Positions 17,074-23,621 of a stretch of DNA of 24,523 nucleotides are shown piece by piece. A program made the translations under genes and the position numbers. How positions within the stretch are numbered: the first letter of the stretch is position 1; each line of letters starts with the position of its first letter. Below the pieces are notes generated by a model, which saw only the letters and a program-made list of their open reading frames with translations, did no database searches and was not told the origin of the DNA. The stretch is from a virus (Duplodnaviria > Caudoviricetes): positions 1 to 24,523 of IMG/VR virus record IMGVR_UViG_3300048574_000541; one strand, 5' to 3'.

Positions 17074-18815
17074 GCGTGAAGATTAAGCTGCTGCCAAAAC
17101 CTGTTGTCCAGGTGAAGGCGCTGTTGCAAATCCCGGCTCAGGTGTCAGTGGATTCAGTCACGACAGGTGCGGCAGGATCGAATGCGAGCGTCGATAACGT
17201 TGGGACCCCTGGGAATGCTCGGCTGAGATTCACGATACCGCGCGGGGACAAGGGCGAAACTGGACCGGTTGGTCCAAAGGGTGATGTCGGCCCGAATGGA
17301 CCGATTGGTGACACCGGCGCGCAAGGCCCGGAAGGTCCAGCTGGTCCCGCGAACACACTCTCTATCGGCACGGTAACGGACGGCGCATCTGCTGATGCGA
17401 CCATTACCGGTACGGCACCAAATCAGACGCTTAACCTCATATTGCCGAAGGGGGATAAGGGCGAACCTGGGTCGGATGGCGCCCCCGGTGCGCCCGGTGC
17501 TGATGGGGCCCCCGGTGCCGATGGGGCGGCGGGTGCAGACGGTGTTGTCCAATCCTTGGTCGCCGGCTCAAACATCACTATCGACGCGACTGATCCCGCC
17601 AATCCGATTATCAACTCGACGGCCAGCGGCTCCGGGACTGTCACGTCGGTCGATGCAACCGTTCCGACCGGGCTGAGTGTTTCTGGCGGCCCGATCACCG
17701 CGAGCGGCACCTTGACGTTCACGTGGTCGGCTGGATATCAGGGCTACACTTCGGCGGAAGCATCAAAGCTTGCAGGCATTGCTGCCGGCGCCAATGTTGT
17801 CGGTCCCGCGAGCGCAACGGACGGTCATGTCGTGCAGTTTGATGGCACGACGGGAAAGCTGATCAAGGGTGGAAAGGCTACTCCATCAGGTAATTTTGTT
17901 GGCACCAGCGACACGCAAACGTTGACCAATAAAACCGTTACGTCGTTACTTGGATCGGCGGCGTCGTCATTCACTGCGACTACTCAATCGAGTCGTGACA
18001 ATTCGACGAGGCTGGCGACTACTTCTTACGTTGATAGGACAACAAGGGAACTTCTCACCGCAGACCGCACCTACTACGTGCGCACCGACGGAAGCGACGG
18101 CAATACCGGCCTCGCCAATACGTCCGGCGGGGCGTTCGCCACCATCCAGAAGGCTGTCGATGTCGCGCTCGGAACGCTCGATTTCTACGGGTACACCGTC
18201 ACAGTTCAGGTGGCTGACGGAACTTACAGCGCCGGAGGACGGATCGGTACCGGCGTCGGCATCACCGCGGCATCGAAATTTGTCATCAAGGGAAATTCCG
18301 GAACGCCAGGCAACGTCATCGTCTCGGTGACGTCCAGCGATGCTTTCGCGGCAGAGTCCGGAGGCATTGTCACCGTCAAGGACATGGAATTGCGAACCGC
18401 CACGTCAGGCAGTTGTCTCGCGACGTTGACGTCCGGCCATATCGAGTTCGGCAACATCAGGTTCGGGACATGCGCGCAACGCCATATGTTCACGCAGAGC
18501 CTGGGAAAGATTTTCGCGGTCGCAAATTATGCGATCGTGGGGGGCGGCGAGTGTCACATGCGGGCATCGGGCGGCGTGATCAGAACGTCGAATTACGGCA
18601 TCACGATCACGGGAACGCCGGCATTCTCAGGCGCGTTCGCTTGGGCGGAGCGCGCCGCGCTCGTCGATGCCTTCAGTATGACGATCTCCGGATCGGCGAC
18701 GGGAAAACGCTACGACGTCAGCGGAAATGGCGTTGTCTTCACCGCAGGCGGCGGCTCCACATATTTTCCGGGCAGCGTCAGCGGTGCGACCGCGACGGGA
18801 GGGCAATATCTGTGA
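17070..18815 (+). CDS. Tail fibre/tailspike with collagen-like repeats and a C-terminal beta-helix-like domain
   Basis: Two Gly-X-Y runs, fibre modules ('[22 protein letters not shown]', 'TQTLTNKT', '[12 protein letters not shown]'), then '[16 protein letters not shown]...AFATIQKA' cap of a beta-helix. Confidence 0.85.
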   Translation: MSVKIKLLPKPVVQVKALLQIPAQVSVDSVTTGAAGSNASVDNVGTPGNARLRFTIPRGDKGETGPVGPKGDVGPNGPIGDTGAQGPEGPAGPANTLSIGTVTDGASADATITGTAPNQTLNLILPKGDKGEPGSDGAPGAPGADGAPGADGAAGADGVVQSLVAGSNITIDATDPANPIINSTASGSGTVTSVDATVPTGLSVSGGPITASGTLTFTWSAGYQGYTSAEASKLAGIAAGANVVGPASATDGHVVQFDGTTGKLIKGGKATPSGNFVGTSDTQTLTNKTVTSLLGSAASSFTATTQSSRDNSTRLATTSYVDRTTRELLTADRTYYVRTDGSDGNTGLANTSGGAFATIQKAVDVALGTLDFYGYTVTVQVADGTYSAGGRIGTGVGITAASKFVIKGNSGTPGNVIVSVTSSDAFAAESGGIVTVKDMELRTATSGSCLATLTSGHIEFGNIRFGTCAQRHMFTQSLGKIFAVANYAIVGGGECHMRASGGVIRTSNYGITITGTPAFSGAFAWAERAALVDAFSMTISGSATGKRYDVSGNGVVFTAGGGSTYFPGSVSGATATGGQYL

Positions 18816-19201
18816 GCTATGATCCGAAAGACTGGCACTGGATCATTGGCGGTGATGCGGCTCAGGCCTATTCGAGCCGCGCTCAGGGCTACGTACCAAT
18901 CGATCAGGCACCCGAAGGTGCGACGCGCATCGCGTCGATGGACGAACTGATCGAGGTACTTCGCGCGGCGAACGTGCCGCCCTATCACTCGGTTTCGCCG
19001 TATCGGATCGTTCGGCGGCTAGAGGCGGCCGGGCTTTCGCAGCAGGCTCTTGCGGTGCTTGAAGCTCCGCAAAATGCCGTTCTTAAAGCGAGATTTTACA
19101 CGCTCGCCGGCGTCGGCGGCGTTCCGGCTGATGATCAGGACGCCATTGCCTTTGTCGTTGCTGCCGGCGGCGATCCTGCCGAGATTCTAGCGCCGGAGTA
19201 G
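18812..19201 (+). CDS. Putative tail fibre assembly chaperone
   Basis: GTG start overlapping the fibre stop (GTGA), GGAGG RBS; 129 aa, [10 protein letters not shown]...DPAEILAPE; position directly after the fibre. Confidence 0.6.
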   Translation: MSYDPKDWHWIIGGDAAQAYSSRAQGYVPIDQAPEGATRIASMDELIEVLRAANVPPYHSVSPYRIVRRLEAAGLSQQALAVLEAPQNAVLKARFYTLAGVGGVPADDQDAIAFVVAAGGDPAEILAPE

Positions 19202-19247
19202 GTGCGGCCGGTCCGTCCCGACTGATCTTTTCAAACTGGAGAATCCC

Positions 19248-19805
19248 ATGTCCCCCGCAGCCCTTCCGGCGGCGCGCTCGGCGCTGCCCGCTCGTTATGC
19301 CTGGCTCAACAAAGAGCCGGGGCCGAAGATGCTCAAGGAAGCGCTCGCGCTTTACGGCACGGTTGAGGCGCCGGGCGCGAAGGACAATCCCGTCATCCTC
19401 GCGTGGGCGCGCGAGACGGGACTCAGCAGGGATTACAACCACGACTCCATCCCGTGGTGCGGCCTGTTCATGGCCGTGGTGGCGCAGCGCGCGGGCAAGC
19501 CGGTGGTCAAGAGCCCGCTGTGGGCGCTGTCGTGGGCGGATTTCGGCAAGCCCGCGCCCAAGCCGATGCTGGGCGATGTACTGACCTTCAAGCGCAGCGG
19601 CGGCGGCCATGTCGCGCTCTATGTCGGCGAGGACGCAACCGCCTATCACGTCCTCGGCGGCAATCAATCTGACAGCGTGTGCATCACGCGCATCGCCAAG
19701 GCGCGGCTCTATCGCGCGCGCCGGCCGGCCTACAACGTCAAGCCCGACAACGTCCGCAAGGTGATGCTGGCCTCGAGCGGCAAGCTCTCGACCAACGAAG
19801 CGTAA
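19248..19805 (+). CDS. Endolysin, TIGR02594/NlpC-P60-like peptidoglycan peptidase
   Basis: 'DNPVILAWA', 'DSIPWCGLF' (catalytic Cys), 'GGGHV' (His), 'VLGGNQSD.V'; GGAG RBS. Confidence 0.9.
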   Translation: MSPAALPAARSALPARYAWLNKEPGPKMLKEALALYGTVEAPGAKDNPVILAWARETGLSRDYNHDSIPWCGLFMAVVAQRAGKPVVKSPLWALSWADFGKPAPKPMLGDVLTFKRSGGGHVALYVGEDATAYHVLGGNQSDSVCITRIAKARLYRARRPAYNVKPDNVRKVMLASSGKLSTNEA

Positions 19806-19851
19806 ACCGCGCCGGGCGGTCACCCGGCAAACCCAAAACAGGAGAGTCAAA

Positions 19852-20079
19852 ATGACTTCTGTGCAAAGCACGTCCGACGAAAGGACCGTGAACAATACGA
19901 TGCGTCATGCCTATCGCGTCCTGACCGACGCCGAGAAAGCAACCATGTCGGCAATCAAGGACAAGGGATTGGAGTTTCACGAATTGATCTCTGGAATTGG
20001 GAACAGTCGTGAAGTCTCGATTGCCAAGATCAAGATCGAAGAAGCCGTTATGTGGGCTGTCAAGCACATCACGGCTTAA
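19852..20079 (+). CDS. Acb2/Tad1-like helical-hairpin protein (putative cyclic-nucleotide sponge, anti-CBASS/Thoeris)
   Basis: 'YRVLTDAEKATMSAIKDKG' resembles the Acb2 N-terminal YRxLS..E...M...K..G motif; 'SREVSIAKIKIEEAVMWA' resembles the Acb2/Tad1 hairpin; AGGAG RBS. Confidence 0.75.
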   Translation: MTSVQSTSDERTVNNTMRHAYRVLTDAEKATMSAIKDKGLEFHELISGIGNSREVSIAKIKIEEAVMWAVKHITA

Positions 20080-20109
20080 GCAACATTCCTCACATCATCG
20101 GAGAATTAC

Positions 20110-20286
20110 ATGACCTGGGATTCCATCCAGCAGGTGCTGCGCATCGTGCTGAACGCGGCCGGCGGCGTGCTGATCGGCAAGGGCTACCTCACCGAGGAAA
20201 TGAGCACCACGCTGATCGGCGGCCTGCTGTCGCTCGGTTCGGTTGGCTGGTGGTTCGCATGGGACCGCAAGCGAACGGCCGCCTAA
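20110..20286 (+). CDS. Putative holin (58 aa, two hydrophobic segments)
   Basis: MTWDSIQQVLRIVLNAAGGVLIGKGYLTEEMSTTLIGGLLSLGSVGWWFAWDRKRTAA; basic C-terminus; GGAG RBS; not in ORF track (<60 aa). Confidence 0.7.
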   Translation: MTWDSIQQVLRIVLNAAGGVLIGKGYLTEEMSTTLIGGLLSLGSVGWWFAWDRKRTAA

Positions 20287-20526
20287 ATGACGGCATCGGC
20301 CATCATCGGCGTTGTCTCGGCGCTGCTGTCCATCATTCGGCTGATCGCGGATTACGCGGTCAGCCGGAAGTGGATGGACGCCGGGACGGCGCAAGCCATC
20401 GCGAAAGGACTCACAGATGCGAACGATGCCATCGCGCGGGCTACTGCGGCCCGTGACCTTGTGCGGGCTGATCTTGCTCGCGATCCATCTGGCGTCCTGT
20501 CAGACGACGGGTTCCGGCGCGATTGA
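20287..20526 (+). CDS. Putative i-spanin (Rz-like)
   Basis: N-terminal hydrophobic anchor, Ala-rich helical region, C-terminal 'DDGFRRD'; overlaps a lipoprotein gene. Confidence 0.7.
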   Translation: MTASAIIGVVSALLSIIRLIADYAVSRKWMDAGTAQAIAKGLTDANDAIARATAARDLVRADLARDPSGVLSDDGFRRD

Positions 20527-20659
20527 CCCGGCGCTGGTGGCCTGCGCCTCGTTCAAGCCGGTGTACTGGTCGAAGGCCGACACGCCGGCGACCGTTGCGC
20601 AGGTGAAGGAAAACAACGCTGCTGGGAAGGCGCTGTGCGGGTGGGGCGCGGCGAAATGA
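20417..20659 (+). CDS. Putative o-spanin (Rz1-like lipoprotein)
   Basis: Signal peptide with lipobox LASC, two further Cys ('ACASFKPVYWSKADT...LCGW'); starts in the +1 frame inside the i-spanin; AAGGA RBS. Confidence 0.75.
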   Translation: MRTMPSRGLLRPVTLCGLILLAIHLASCQTTGSGAIDPALVACASFKPVYWSKADTPATVAQVKENNAAGKALCGWGAAK

Positions 20660-20889
20660 GCGACATCAAAAAGTTCGACGACCTCCCCGAAAAGACCAAG
20701 CTCTTTCTGAGCAATTTGCGCGAGGATGAGGTGGACACCCTCAACGATGGAATCCGATTGGTCGGCTCCATCAAGACGGTCGGCACCTTCATCAAGTGGG
20801 TCATTATCGGCGTGCTCGGCATCGTGTCCGGCGTCGTCATGTTCGCCGAATCTATCGGCAAATTCCTCGCTTGGTTCAAGGCGGGCTGA
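20656..20889 (+). CDS. Small membrane protein of the lysis region (77 aa)
   Basis: ATGA overlap with o-spanin; charged N-terminus and one long hydrophobic segment WVIIGVLGIVSGVVMFA. Confidence 0.7.
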   Translation: MSDIKKFDDLPEKTKLFLSNLREDEVDTLNDGIRLVGSIKTVGTFIKWVIIGVLGIVSGVVMFAESIGKFLAWFKAG

Positions 20890-20890
20890 C

Positions 20891-20965
20891 ATGCCGGTAT
20901 TGCCGTTAACGCCATTTGATCTGTGGATGGCGTGGTGGCTGTTGTGGCTAGAGCCACAGGATTAA
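20891..20965 (+). CDS. Possible 24 aa W/L-rich peptide
   Basis: MPVLPLTPFDLWMAWWLLWLEPQD; starts 1 nt after the previous stop and fills the intergenic gap. Confidence 0.3.
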   Translation: MPVLPLTPFDLWMAWWLLWLEPQD

Positions 20966-20991
20966 TCCCGTCAACAAATCATGAGGTTCAA

Positions 20992-21564
20992 ATGATCCGC
21001 GCCATCGCGGCGGGGCTCGGCTTGGCCGTGGCCGCGCTGTTCACGCTTTTGCTTGTGTCCGGCCTGGTATCCGTTCCCGGATGGTCGGCCGGGCTGCATC
21101 CGGACTGCAATGTCACCATGCCATGCGATGCGCCGGCCGCAGCCGGCAGCGCGAGGGACAGGGTCCGCATTGCCCGTGCGGCGCGATTCAGTCGCGCGGA
21201 TTTCGGCGGCCCGATGTATCCGCCGGAGACGCAGAAGTCGTTCCTGCGCCACGGGACGGCGATCCTGCCCCATCCTGCGGGCTGTCCGCGCCGCGCGTTC
21301 TGTGGGTGCGGCGCGGCCGTCGAGGTGTTCGGCCGTCCCGTCCGCTCTCTCTGGCTGGCGGCCAACTGGCTGCGCTTCCCGCGCGCCGCGCCAGCTCCCG
21401 GCATGGTGGCTGCACGACGCGGCCATGTGTTCGTGATCAGGCAGGTTCTCGGGGAAGGGAAGGTGCTGGCCTACGATGCAAACTCGGGCGGGCGCAAGAC
21501 GCGCCTGCATGTCCGATCGCTTGCTGGCTTTGTGGTGGTGAATCCCCATGGCGGAGAGGGCTGA
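20992..21564 (+). CDS. Exported CHAP/NlpC-P60-like putative cell-wall amidase/peptidase
   Basis: N-terminal signal/TM segment; 'GCPRRAFCGCGA', 'LWLAANW', 'PGMVAARRGHVF', 'DANSGG' give a Cys-His-Asn arrangement; GAGGT RBS before ATG 20992. Confidence 0.65.
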   Translation: MIRAIAAGLGLAVAALFTLLLVSGLVSVPGWSAGLHPDCNVTMPCDAPAAAGSARDRVRIARAARFSRADFGGPMYPPETQKSFLRHGTAILPHPAGCPRRAFCGCGAAVEVFGRPVRSLWLAANWLRFPRAAPAPGMVAARRGHVFVIRQVLGEGKVLAYDANSGGRKTRLHVRSLAGFVVVNPHGGEG

Positions 21565-21800
21565 TGCACATTCTCTGGGATGATGACGCGCACGAGACTG
21601 TCGTTCACTCTCGTCCATGCACGTCATGCGCAGGCCAGATGGGGAAGTGTCGGGGCATTGGTTGCAATGGTTCATTCGGGATCGGATCACGGCCGCGTGG
21701 TCCTGACGAGATCAGGGCAATCAAGGCAGAGCGTCAACGCAAGCACGAAGATGCAGTGCTGGCGGAGGCCAACGCTATCCGCGCAAGGCGCTCAACATGA
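21564..21800 (+). CDS. Hypothetical protein with four Cys (possible Zn-binding), 78 aa
   Basis: TGATG coupling; CTSC...C....C followed by a charged helix. Confidence 0.6.
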   Translation: MHILWDDDAHETVVHSRPCTSCAGQMGKCRGIGCNGSFGIGSRPRGPDEIRAIKAERQRKHEDAVLAEANAIRARRST

Positions 21801-21880
21801 ACTTCCCCCACGCCCGCATCTACGGGACGGTCATGGCACTGACGGTCGCAATCATTCTCGTTTGCTCAAATCTGAGGTGA
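21797..21880 (+). CDS. Possible 27 aa single-TM peptide
   Basis: ATGA overlap; MNFPHARIYGTVMALTVAIILVCSNLR. Confidence 0.4.
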   Translation: MNFPHARIYGTVMALTVAIILVCSNLR

Positions 21881-21897
21881 TCCGCGCCGGACGGAAC

Positions 21898-22065
21898 CTA
21901 GCGCTTCTTAGCCTTCTCTTTCTCCCGGCGGGTCAGCTCACGCTCGACGGCCTCCCGGATAAATCCAGCCATCCCGCTGTCGCCGACAAGCGCCCGAATC
22001 CGCTCCCGGACCTCTTCCGAGAGACGAACTAGCGTCGGCTTGATCCCCAGCGGCGGTCTCCCCAT
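21898..22065 (-). CDS. Ribbon-helix-helix (Arc/CopG-like) DNA-binding protein, 55 aa
   Basis: MGRPPLGIKPTLVRLSEEVRERIRALVGDSGMAGFIREAVERELTRRE: alternating beta-ribbon then two helices. Confidence 0.85.
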   Translation of the reverse strand: MGRPPLGIKPTLVRLSEEVRERIRALVGDSGMAGFIREAVERELTRREKEKAKKR

Positions 22066-22072
22066 GCGCCGG

Positions 22073-22101
22073 GAAGTATCCGATATCGGAATTTCTGTCA
22101 A
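22073..22101 (-). promoter_or_regulatory. Leftward promoter for the RHH gene (leaderless), TTGACA-17-TACTTC
   Basis: Minus strand reads TTGACA gaaattccgatatcgga TACTTC ccggcgc ATG; no SD; operator box 1 lies in the spacer. Confidence 0.65.
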
Positions 22102-22170
22102 AATCGTCTCCAAAAGCGATATCGCTTATTGACGCCATAAACGGTATCGCTTATATAAACGATATCGGTT
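22079..22170. repeat. Four palindromic operator boxes (core CGATATCG)
   Basis: TCCGATATCGGA 22079-22090, AAGCGATATCGCTT 22114-22127, AAACGGTATCGCTT 22139-22152, AAACGATATCGGTT 22157-22170. Confidence 0.85.
22128..22157 (+). promoter_or_regulatory. Rightward promoter, TTGACG-17-TATATA
   Basis: ATTGAC-N17-TTATAT matches the rhizobial sigma70 consensus CTTGAC-N17-CTATAT at 5/6 in each box; GGGAG RBS precedes ATG 22186. Confidence 0.75.
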
Positions 22171-22185
22171 ACGGGAGCAAGAGAC

Positions 22186-22521
22186 ATGGCCAGCACATCA
22201 ACAACCATCGCCTTCAAGGCCTGCGAAGAAATCACCATCATCGGCGCTGAGACGGAATGCGAGTGCTCGCACTGTGGCAGGCCATTGAAAGTCGGTGTTC
22301 GCCTCGAAGGTTTCTGCGGCGTGTTCGGATCGGACTGCCTCGCCCGCGCCGCTGAAAAGCAAAAGGTTGGTCCCTACGTCCAGAAACTCTCGGGCCAGTC
22401 CATCAAGGAGCGCGCGATCATCGCTCGCAAGGGCGCTGAGTATGCCTCGCGGATGTACGGCTGGCAGCTCGGCGGCGCCAACTTCAAGCTGGTCCTCAAA
22501 TCAGAATTGAGGAGCATCTAA
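22186..22521 (+). CDS. Hypothetical Cys-rich protein (putative Zn finger)
   Basis: 'CECSHCGRPLK...FGSDC' pattern; own promoter and RBS. Confidence 0.75.
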   Translation: MASTSTTIAFKACEEITIIGAETECECSHCGRPLKVGVRLEGFCGVFGSDCLARAAEKQKVGPYVQKLSGQSIKERAIIARKGAEYASRMYGWQLGGANFKLVLKSELRSI

Positions 22522-22522
22522 G

Positions 22523-22780
22523 GTGCAGCCACGTCCTCTCCAAGACTTGATGATTTCGGTCGGAGAGAAGGCGCGGGTTTGCCCCGTTCCAGATCGTTAT
22601 ATGTGGATCGCGGTCTGGTGGCATTTGCATTCACGAGAGACGAAGACGCCGGATGAATGCCTTCGATATGCGAAGGGACAAATGCGCCTCGCCAAGGATA
22701 TGGCCGCCCGACCCGATCATTATCTTTCCAAGCCGATCGATAGAACCGACTGGGAATGGTCGGGTTTAGCAGGAGCATAA
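22523..22780 (+). CDS. Hypothetical protein (85 aa)
   Basis: GAGGAG 8 nt upstream of the GTG start; ends before the terminator. Confidence 0.55.
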   Translation: MQPRPLQDLMISVGEKARVCPVPDRYMWIAVWWHLHSRETKTPDECLRYAKGQMRLAKDMAARPDHYLSKPIDRTDWEWSGLAGA

Positions 22781-22825
22781 TCGCTCCCGCGGCAGGCCGG
22801 GTCACGCCTGCACCTCCCTAGACTT

Positions 22826-22859
22826 GACCGCGCTCCTTAATCGGGGCGCGGTCTTTTTT
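22826..22859 (+). terminator. Intrinsic terminator between converging operons
   Basis: GACCGCGCTCC-TTAATC-GGGGCGCGGTC followed by TTTTTT. Confidence 0.85.
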
Positions 22860-22863
22860 GCGT

Positions 22864-23073
22864 CTAAAGTCCGTCATCCTTCAAGCCGCGCTCCAGTCGC
22901 GCCCATGATTCCACGTCGTCCCGCCGAGTTTCATTCATCGCGACGTCGAAAGCGGATGGCCCTTTGAGGATTCCGGTCTGCTCCACCACCCGCGTGAAGT
23001 CATCGACGGCCTTGTCGTCGGCGTGGCGGGATTTGGTGCGGCGAGGGATGAAGTTCAGCAGCTTGCCAAGCAT
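22864..23073 (-). CDS. Hypothetical protein, last gene of the leftward operon
   Basis: GGAGAGG RBS; TGATG coupling; stop abuts the terminator. Confidence 0.55.
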   Translation of the reverse strand: MLGKLLNFIPRRTKSRHADDKAVDDFTRVVEQTGILKGPSAFDVAMNETRRDDVESWARLERGLKDDGL

Positions 23074-23171
23074 CACTTCCTCTCCTTGGCCGGCCTATCC
23101 CTTGACCCATGCTCAGCGACGTAGCCTAGGCGAGGCTTGTTGGTGATTTTTGTCAGCGGATTGCGCTTCAT
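23073..23171 (-). CDS. Possible 32 aa basic peptide
   Basis: MKRNPLTKITNKPRLGYVAEHGSRDRPAKERK; ATGA overlap upstream and TGATG overlap downstream exactly fill the gap. Confidence 0.45.
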   Translation of the reverse strand: MKRNPLTKITNKPRLGYVAEHGSRDRPAKERK

Positions 23172-23377
23172 TCGTAGTGCTCGTCGTTGCCATTCACCGG
23201 CGATACTGGCTGATCTTGATCGCCCTTGGCAAACACTATCACGTCGCCTTCGGCTATCTCACGCCGCGCTCTGCGGTCCCATAAACGGTGCAGGAAGTCG
23301 GGCGGCCAAAACACGCGAACGGCGTTCTGAAACTGCCGCCCGTGGTTGTCAGGAAACCGGACGAAGTGCAGGGCCAT
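23168..23377 (-). CDS. Conserved small phage hypothetical protein
   Basis: 'LHFVRF...AVRVF.PPDFLH..WD.RA..E...GD.IVFA' resembles a recurrent small phage family; GGAG RBS before ATG 23377. Confidence 0.7.
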   Translation of the reverse strand: MALHFVRFPDNHGRQFQNAVRVFWPPDFLHRLWDRRARREIAEGDVIVFAKGDQDQPVSPVNGNDEHYE

Positions 23378-23387
23378 TCTCTCCATC

Positions 23388-23618
23388 CTAGCCCGGATCG
23401 GTGGGGGTGTCAGGTTCCGGCATCAGCGCCGTTTGAATTTCGAGAGCCGCGCTGGCGATGTGCAGAACCATCTTTTCGGCTTCGTCGACTAGATTGCGCA
23501 GCGCCTCAGCTTCGGTCGCTCCATAGGCGTAGATATCGCCGCTGTTAGGCAAATCCATCGTGGCGCACCAACTCTGCCACTTTCCTTTGCCGTCATCCTC
23601 CGTCCGAAATAGTGCCAT
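23388..23618 (-). CDS. Hypothetical protein with a HicB-N-terminal-like motif
   Basis: 'W.AT.DLP....AYGATEAEALRNL.DE' resembles the HicB N-terminal partial RNase H fold; GGGGAG RBS. Confidence 0.55.
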   Translation of the reverse strand: MALFRTEDDGKGKWQSWCATMDLPNSGDIYAYGATEAEALRNLVDEAEKMVLHIASAALEIQTALMPEPDTPTDPG

Positions 23619-23621
23619 GAT

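Noticed and set aside
18413-18811. Long upstream extension of the chaperone ORF (262 aa call)
   Set aside because: Out-of-frame overlap with the fibre gene; the real start is GTG 18812 with RBS and stop overlap; no slippery site seen to suggest a frameshift fusion
15221-19201. Diversity-generating retroelement or invertible fibre cassette
   Set aside because: No reverse transcriptase or invertase gene, and no TR/VR pair or flanking inverted repeats noticed in the window
19083-19895. 270 aa minus-strand ORF over the endolysin
   Set aside because: R/A-rich antisense shadow of a high-GC3 gene
21081-21563. Upstream extension of the 21564-21800 ORF (239 aa call)
   Set aside because: Overlaps the CHAP-like gene in another frame; TGATG coupling supports a start at 21564
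22066-22113. TTG-start extension of the RHH ORF
   Set aside because: Runs through the promoter/operator region; promoter geometry supports ATG 22065
22079-22170. Repeats considered as a mini CRISPR array or iterons
   Set aside because: Units are 12-14 bp palindromes with irregular 4-23 bp gaps that overlap promoters, so operators explain them better
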